Of a DNA stretch of 64,000 nucleotides, positions 59,101 to 64,000 are shown one piece after another. This DNA comes from Felis catus (lineage: Eukaryota): assembly GCF_018350175.1 (NCBI RefSeq), contig NC_058369.1:3846001-3910000 (forward strand). Direction: 5' to 3'. Numbering within the stretch: the stretch's first letter is position 1; each line of letters starts with the position of its first letter. The notes beneath the pieces were generated by a model. That model saw only the letters and a list, made by a program, of their open reading frames with translations. It made no database searches and had not been told where the DNA came from. A program made the translations under genes and the position numbers.

Positions 59101-59560
59101 CGGGCGTCTGGGTGACTCAGTCTGTTAAGTGTCTGACTCTTGGTTTCAGCTCAGGTCATGATCTCGCGGTTGTGGGTTCGAGCCCCGCGTCGGGCTCCGG
59201 GCTGACAGCTCGGAGCCTGGAGCCTGCCTCGGGTTCTGTGTCCCCCTCTCTGCCGCTCCCCTGCTCACGCTCTGTCCCTCTCCCTCTCTCAAAAATAAAT
59301 AAGCATTGGGGCGCCTGGGTGGCGCAGTCGGTTAAGCGTCCGACTTCAGCCAGGTCACGATCTCGCGGTCCGTGAGTTCGAGCCCCGCGTCAGGCTCTGG
59401 GCTGATAGCTCAGAGCCTGGAGCCTGTTTCCAATTCTGTGTCTCCCTCTCTCTCTCTGCCCCTCCCCCGTTCATGCTCTGTCTCTCTCTGTCCCAAAAAT
59501 AAATAAAAAACGTTGAAAAAAAATTTTTTTAAATAAATAAGCATTAAACAATACATAAAA
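59101..59560 (+). mobile_element. Nested CAN-SINEs: young SINEC_Fc (59308-59530) inserted in the tail of an older SINE
   Basis: TSD AAATAAATAAGCATT at 59293-59307 and 59531-59545. Confidence 0.9.
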
Positions 59561-60310
59561 ACATCAACCGAACCCCACCCCTCCCCTGCCGCACGCCCAC
59601 TGTGGTCCTCACCACCCTCCGGAGAGACCCAGGACCCTCGCCTCCCACTGCCCCACTGGTCTCGGCTGTCCCATTTTGAGCCTCCCTCACTCCAGAATAT
59701 CTTAGTGACCGACTCTATTTATGGTGACGTATCTGTGTCACCGCTGTGTCCCCACTGCCCAGCGCAGGGCCTGGCACACAGTAGGCGCCCAATCAATGAG
59801 TGGAACGGCTCAGTCCCAGCTGCCATTAGCCTAGGAAAGTCACCACGCCTCCAGGTGTCAATGTCCCCGTCCCCTGGCCAAGGTCTAGTTTCTCTCCACG
59901 CTAAAGGGGGCAGGAGGGACACCAGGAGAAAATGCCCCTCTCCCTGGAGACCCTCAGCCCCCAACGTCCAGTGACCGGCAGGCACACGGCCGCGGGCTGA
60001 GGCGATGAGGCGGGCCGGCTAAGTGCCAGGCGGCCTTCGTCTGCGAGCTTGTTGAAGATCAGTGCGGACCCTGTGGCCTGACTGAGCTGGGGTCCCGCCA
60101 CGGAAGGGAGGCGGCTCGGGGACCTCCCCCCGCCTCCACCTGCTGTCCCACCTCGGTTCTCCCTCTCCAGCACCTGGGCTCCAGGCCCCTTTTGCTCTGA
60201 CCTCTAACACCTCCAGCTCCGGTCTGGCCTGCCATCCACAACGGACACAGGACTCCCCAGGCCCAGGGACGAGGCTCCTCCGTGCAAATCGAAACAGCCG
60301 CTAGCCCCGT

Positions 60311-60700
60311 TGTGGCCGAAACGAGCCCTCCCGCCACCCACAATTCGTCCGTCGGACCCCGAACCCCCGGGACCCCAGAATGTGATTATTTGGAGATCAG
60401 GTCTCTACGGGGGTGATTAAATTAGACTGAGGCCACTGGGGTGCGTCCTAATCCAATATGGTGTCCTTGCAAGGAGACGTGATGACACAGGTGTGCGGAG
60501 GGACGACCCCCGTGGGGACACGGGGAGAAGATGCCGTCTGCACGCCGCGGAGAGCAGCCCCACGAGGAAGCGGCCCCGTCCTGATCTCAGACCTCCCGCC
60601 TCCAGGACCGGGAGAGAATACGTTAAGCCGCCCAGAGGGGGCGCTATGGCCCATACTAGGAGGGGAGCTTTGGTGCCACCCGCCAGAGACCCCCAACCCT
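60311..60700 (+). mobile_element. ERVL-MaLR solo LTR (MLT1-like)
   Basis: CCCCAGAATGTGATTATTTGGAGAT..GGTCT..CCTAATCCAATATG..GTGTCCTT..CTGATCTCAGACCTCC. Confidence 0.65.
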
Positions 60701-60914
60701 CAGCTCAGCATCTACGGTTTCCATGGGGCACATGCACCGGGGATGGAATGCAGCTAGTCGCAACGGCAAAAGGCCGGAGACAACCTAAACATCCCTCAAC
60801 TCATTCCGTACAGGCTGGGCCCCCCACGGGACGCGATGCTGAAATACGCAGACGTCACCTTACGGAGCCTCAGACGCGTTGCTCAGAGGGCAGGGATCAA
60901 CGGGAAAGACGGTA

Positions 60915-61140
60915 CAGGCCAAGGATCAAAAACTACAGCCCCCGGGGCCAAATCCGGCCCCTTGCTCGTTTTTGTGAATAAAGTTTTATTGGCACACGGC
61001 CACGCCCATCTGCGTCCCCATCACCTACGGCGGCTTTCCAGCTGGGGCAGCGGAGCTGAGACGTCGCGACAGAGGGCGTCTGGCCTGCGGAGTCAACGAT
61101 ATTTGCTCTCTGGCGTTTTACAGAGAATGCTTCCTGCCAC
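60915..61140. mobile_element. MER58-like hAT element
   Basis: GGGCCAAATCCGGCCC..TTTTGTGAATAAAGTTTTATTGGCACAC. Confidence 0.65.
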
Positions 61141-63896
61141 CTGGATGTCGCTGCTATTTGTGAAAGAGAAACGACGCGCACGTATTTGCTTACGAATGCC
61201 CAGAAGGAGCAGAGGCCTGGTGAGTGCTCTGGGGGACGGGGCTGGGGGGCTGGGGAACAGGTTGGAAAAAAGCCCCCGTGGGGGAGAGGTCTGAGCCCCG
61301 GGCATACGGTCAGGGGACAGAAAGCCAAGATGGGGCCAGGGAGAGGCAGGCAGGCGCAGCACCGTCCCGTTTCTCCAGGGGGACGGGAAAGCGGTGGCCC
61401 GCGTCCAGCCGCGCGTGGAGGCCCGACGGCCCCAGTCCCAAGTCCCGTCCACTGTGTAACCAGGCGCCGTGCAGGTATTTTCCTGTGCCCTCCTCAAAGA
61501 TGGGAGCTATTTCACAGCGGGGGAAACTGAGGCTCGGACAGAAACATACCCGCCCCGGGTCCTACGGCTAGGACGCGGCAAGGCTGGGGCCCGGCTAAGC
61601 CCCGAGAAAACTGGGAGGGGCCGGCTGCAGAAGTCCCAACCCCCCCAGACTGGACCCGTTCGAGTCTGAGGAGCTGGCTGGACCCTGTCCACGGTGGGTC
61701 AGGCCCGGTTTGCTCTTCCTGGGCCTGAGGCCTGAACCCCAAAGGTGGTTCTGACTGGCTCCCGGAGGCGTCACGGGAAGTTTAGGCCCAGACACCGGGC
61801 CTCAATTCCTGGAGCTCAAAGCCGGCGTGCGCCCACCCGGGAAGCATCCACACCCCACGCGTGCTCACACGTGAGCCCTTCCCGCGAGCGTGCAGCCCTC
61901 GGGGGTCCCCGTGAGTGCGTGTGGGCGGCAGCCAGCAGGGTGGGGGGCAGGCGAGCGGGCGCCGGGGGAGGCTGGGCCGTCTGACGGCACCAGGAGCTCC
62001 TAATTAAACAAAAATGTTCGTCGCGTACCACATTGCGCCCGGTTCCTCGGAGTTTAATTAAAACAACAGCACGGGAGGCGTGAGCGGGGTCCACAATCAG
62101 ATGGTGGGGGGAGGGAGGCGGGGAGAGCCGGGCCCAAGAGCCCAGACCTTCCCCGCTCGGCCGGGGGACCCTGCGGCTCGGGGCCCGGGTGGGGGACGCC
62201 CGGAGGACGGGCGCTCCTGGGTCAGAGGCCCCGGGGCTGGGCACCCGGCCCGGGCCCCGCGTCCTCCGGGCGGCCGGAGAGCGGAGCGCAGCCAAGGAGG
62301 CCTCGATGGGGGGCGGGGAGAGCAGACGGGTCTTTCCCAGACTCCCCGCGACTGGGCGGTTAATAGATTCACAGCGTGTCCTTTTAACTCTCCGAGCGCT
62401 TACAATGGAGGCTGGCACGGGACAGCGGGAGGCAGGCTGTTCCGTCTGTGCCCGGGAAAGGTCAGGGCAAGAATATCTATTGGGCAGAGGCGGGGCGGGC
62501 CGGGCTGGGCAGACTCCCCGCCCCCCTCCCCCCCTGCCCCAGGCCTCCCCCTGCAGGGTCTCGGGACCCACGCGAAAGAAAGTACAGGGCGTCCTGTTAA
62601 ACAGACGGTGGGGGCAGAGCCTTCTGAGGGAGGGGCTCTGTGCAGATGACCCCCGGGGTCTGACGCAAAGTGGCCCTGACCCCCAGGGTCCGCTGCCCTG
62701 GGTGATGCCAGAGAATGCCACCCCGGGTAGCCACCTCCCACCAAAGGGCTGCCCGTGGCTCATGCTTAAAGCTAGGAGAGGGCCAGGGTGTCCCTGTAGG
62801 CGACACGCAGGACCCACCCACCCGAGGGGCACAGAGGGGCTGGTGGCAGCCGCCTGCTGGGCACCGGAGTGAGAAGAATGATGCCCGGTAACTGGTCAGC
62901 CAAGCGCTCCTTCCTGGTTCACGTAGCTACCCCTTGCGGCCAGCGTCATTTCCCTACTTGGGGGGTGACGAAGTGCAGCTCAGAGGGGTTTATTAACTTG
63001 CCCCGGGGCCACACAGCGCTAGAGGCTAAAACCACCTTGCAACAGAGCGGGCAGAAGAGAGAGGCTGGGGTGGGGGGTGGGGGGGTCTGTGGCGAGGCTG
63101 TCTGAAGGAGGAGGCTTTTTGTAAGGAGACAGAGATTTCCTGGTGCCCCCAGCCCCCCCCCACAAACGAGGCTTAGAAAACAGCCCAGCAAAGCAGGGTT
63201 CCCGAAGGATCTGTGTGCACGTATGGGAAGGGGGGGGTACCTGTTTGTGCCCATCCATTCCTTTGGGGGAACCACCCCTTACTGACCCTGCCTGTGTGGG
63301 CAGACACACCCTGGACTCCAGGGAGAACTCTGCCAAGCAGGCTATCTGCTCCTCGGGAATGGTCATCCAACCCAAGCTGGGCCAATGAGCAGTCATCCTG
63401 GGCCACCCCGTCCTCTTTGGGTTGGTGGCCCCGGAGCCTGGAGCGGATGGGGGGGGAATCCCGAGGACACAGTCAATATGGAAGCAGACAAACCCAGAGG
63501 CAGAGGGAGGGTGAGGGCTAAGAACACCGTACGAGCTCCTGGATCTAGCTGAACCTGAAGCCGGCCACAGCGTGGCCATTTTAATGACACGGATCGACGA
63601 ATTCCCTTTGTGACGTGAACCAGGTTGAGGTGGACCAGGCTCTTGTAATCAGAGGGGCAAGATCGAGATGACGAATGGTGACAGCGCTAGTCCCTTAACG
63701 CGGCTCTCCTGAAAAGCCTCAGTAAATCCCTCCCGCCAGGCTCTGGACCCCGGTGGTGTGACAGGCTGGGGAAGGGACATCACGGTGCCCCAAAGAGACA
63801 AATCCAAAGCAAGACTTCCGATGCTTCTTCCTCTCAGGTTTGTCCCTCCCCCCCCCGCCCCCACCTACCCTCCCCACCCCCCCGGGAGGCCAGTAC

Positions 63897-64000
63897 CTCG
63901 GAGGACAGTGAGTTTCGCGTGGACCGTGACCTCCCCGACCGAGTTCTGTGCCACGCACTCGTACACGTTCTCATCCCGGGGTGTCCGCAGTGGCTGGATC
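63897..64000 (-). CDS. PTPRS: PTPRS exon, end of Ig1 (truncated by window edge): [34 protein letters not shown]
   Basis: Translation of the reverse strand; donor G|GTACT at 63896; phase 1. Confidence 0.95.

Larger units (their letters stand above)
10290..64000 (-). other. PTPRS: PTPRS gene body (receptor-type tyrosine-protein phosphatase S/sigma); 5' part lies beyond the window end
   Basis: Spliced minus-strand exons give Ig-Ig-Ig / 8xFNIII / TM / PTP D1 / PTP D2, ending ...[11 protein letters not shown]. The peptides ETFESTPIR, ELRE, KPDS and [18 protein letters not shown] match what I recall for PTP-sigma rather than PTPRF or PTPRD. All exon phases are compatible. Confidence 0.97.

Noticed and set aside
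11064..63000. Many long GC-rich ORFs on both strands (e.g. 23757..24878 +, 37466..38623 -, 57385..58530 +, 61816..62832 -)
   Set aside because: They are low-complexity G/P/R/A translations expected from stop-poor GC-rich DNA or antisense shadows of PTPRS exons, with no recognisable domains.

Overview
Mammalian genomic DNA, most likely a felid (dense carnivore CAN-SINEs of SINEC_Fc type). Positions ~10290-64000 carry the 3' portion of PTPRS (receptor-type tyrosine-protein phosphatase sigma, LAR family) on the minus strand. I mapped 35 coding exons by GT-AG boundaries and reading-frame continuity, from the end of Ig1 (cut by the window edge) through Ig2-Ig3, eight FNIII repeats, the TM helix and the D1/D2 phosphatase domains to the stop codon and 3' UTR. 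These include five microexons (9, 18, 12, 27 and 12 nt) and a 48-nt cassette exon that the ORF track does not resolve. Positions 1-10290 are repeat-rich intergenic DNA (L1, CAN-SINE, MIR, hAT). Structure not explained by the gene model: (i) a ~21-nt motif CAGCAGCCATCAGTTAAATAC repeated at least 8 times on one strand across five introns, three times as a MER20-linked composite; (ii) a ~3.1-kb, 69-bp-unit tandem array built on the LINE-2 3' end, with degenerate flanks and a higher-order duplication; (iii) an eroded ~75-bp-period array; (iv) QKI-, RBFOX- and NOVA-type motif clusters near microexons or the skippable FNIII block; (v) a candidate internal first exon in a CpG-rich intron. Repeat family names are from recall of consensus features, not from a database search.
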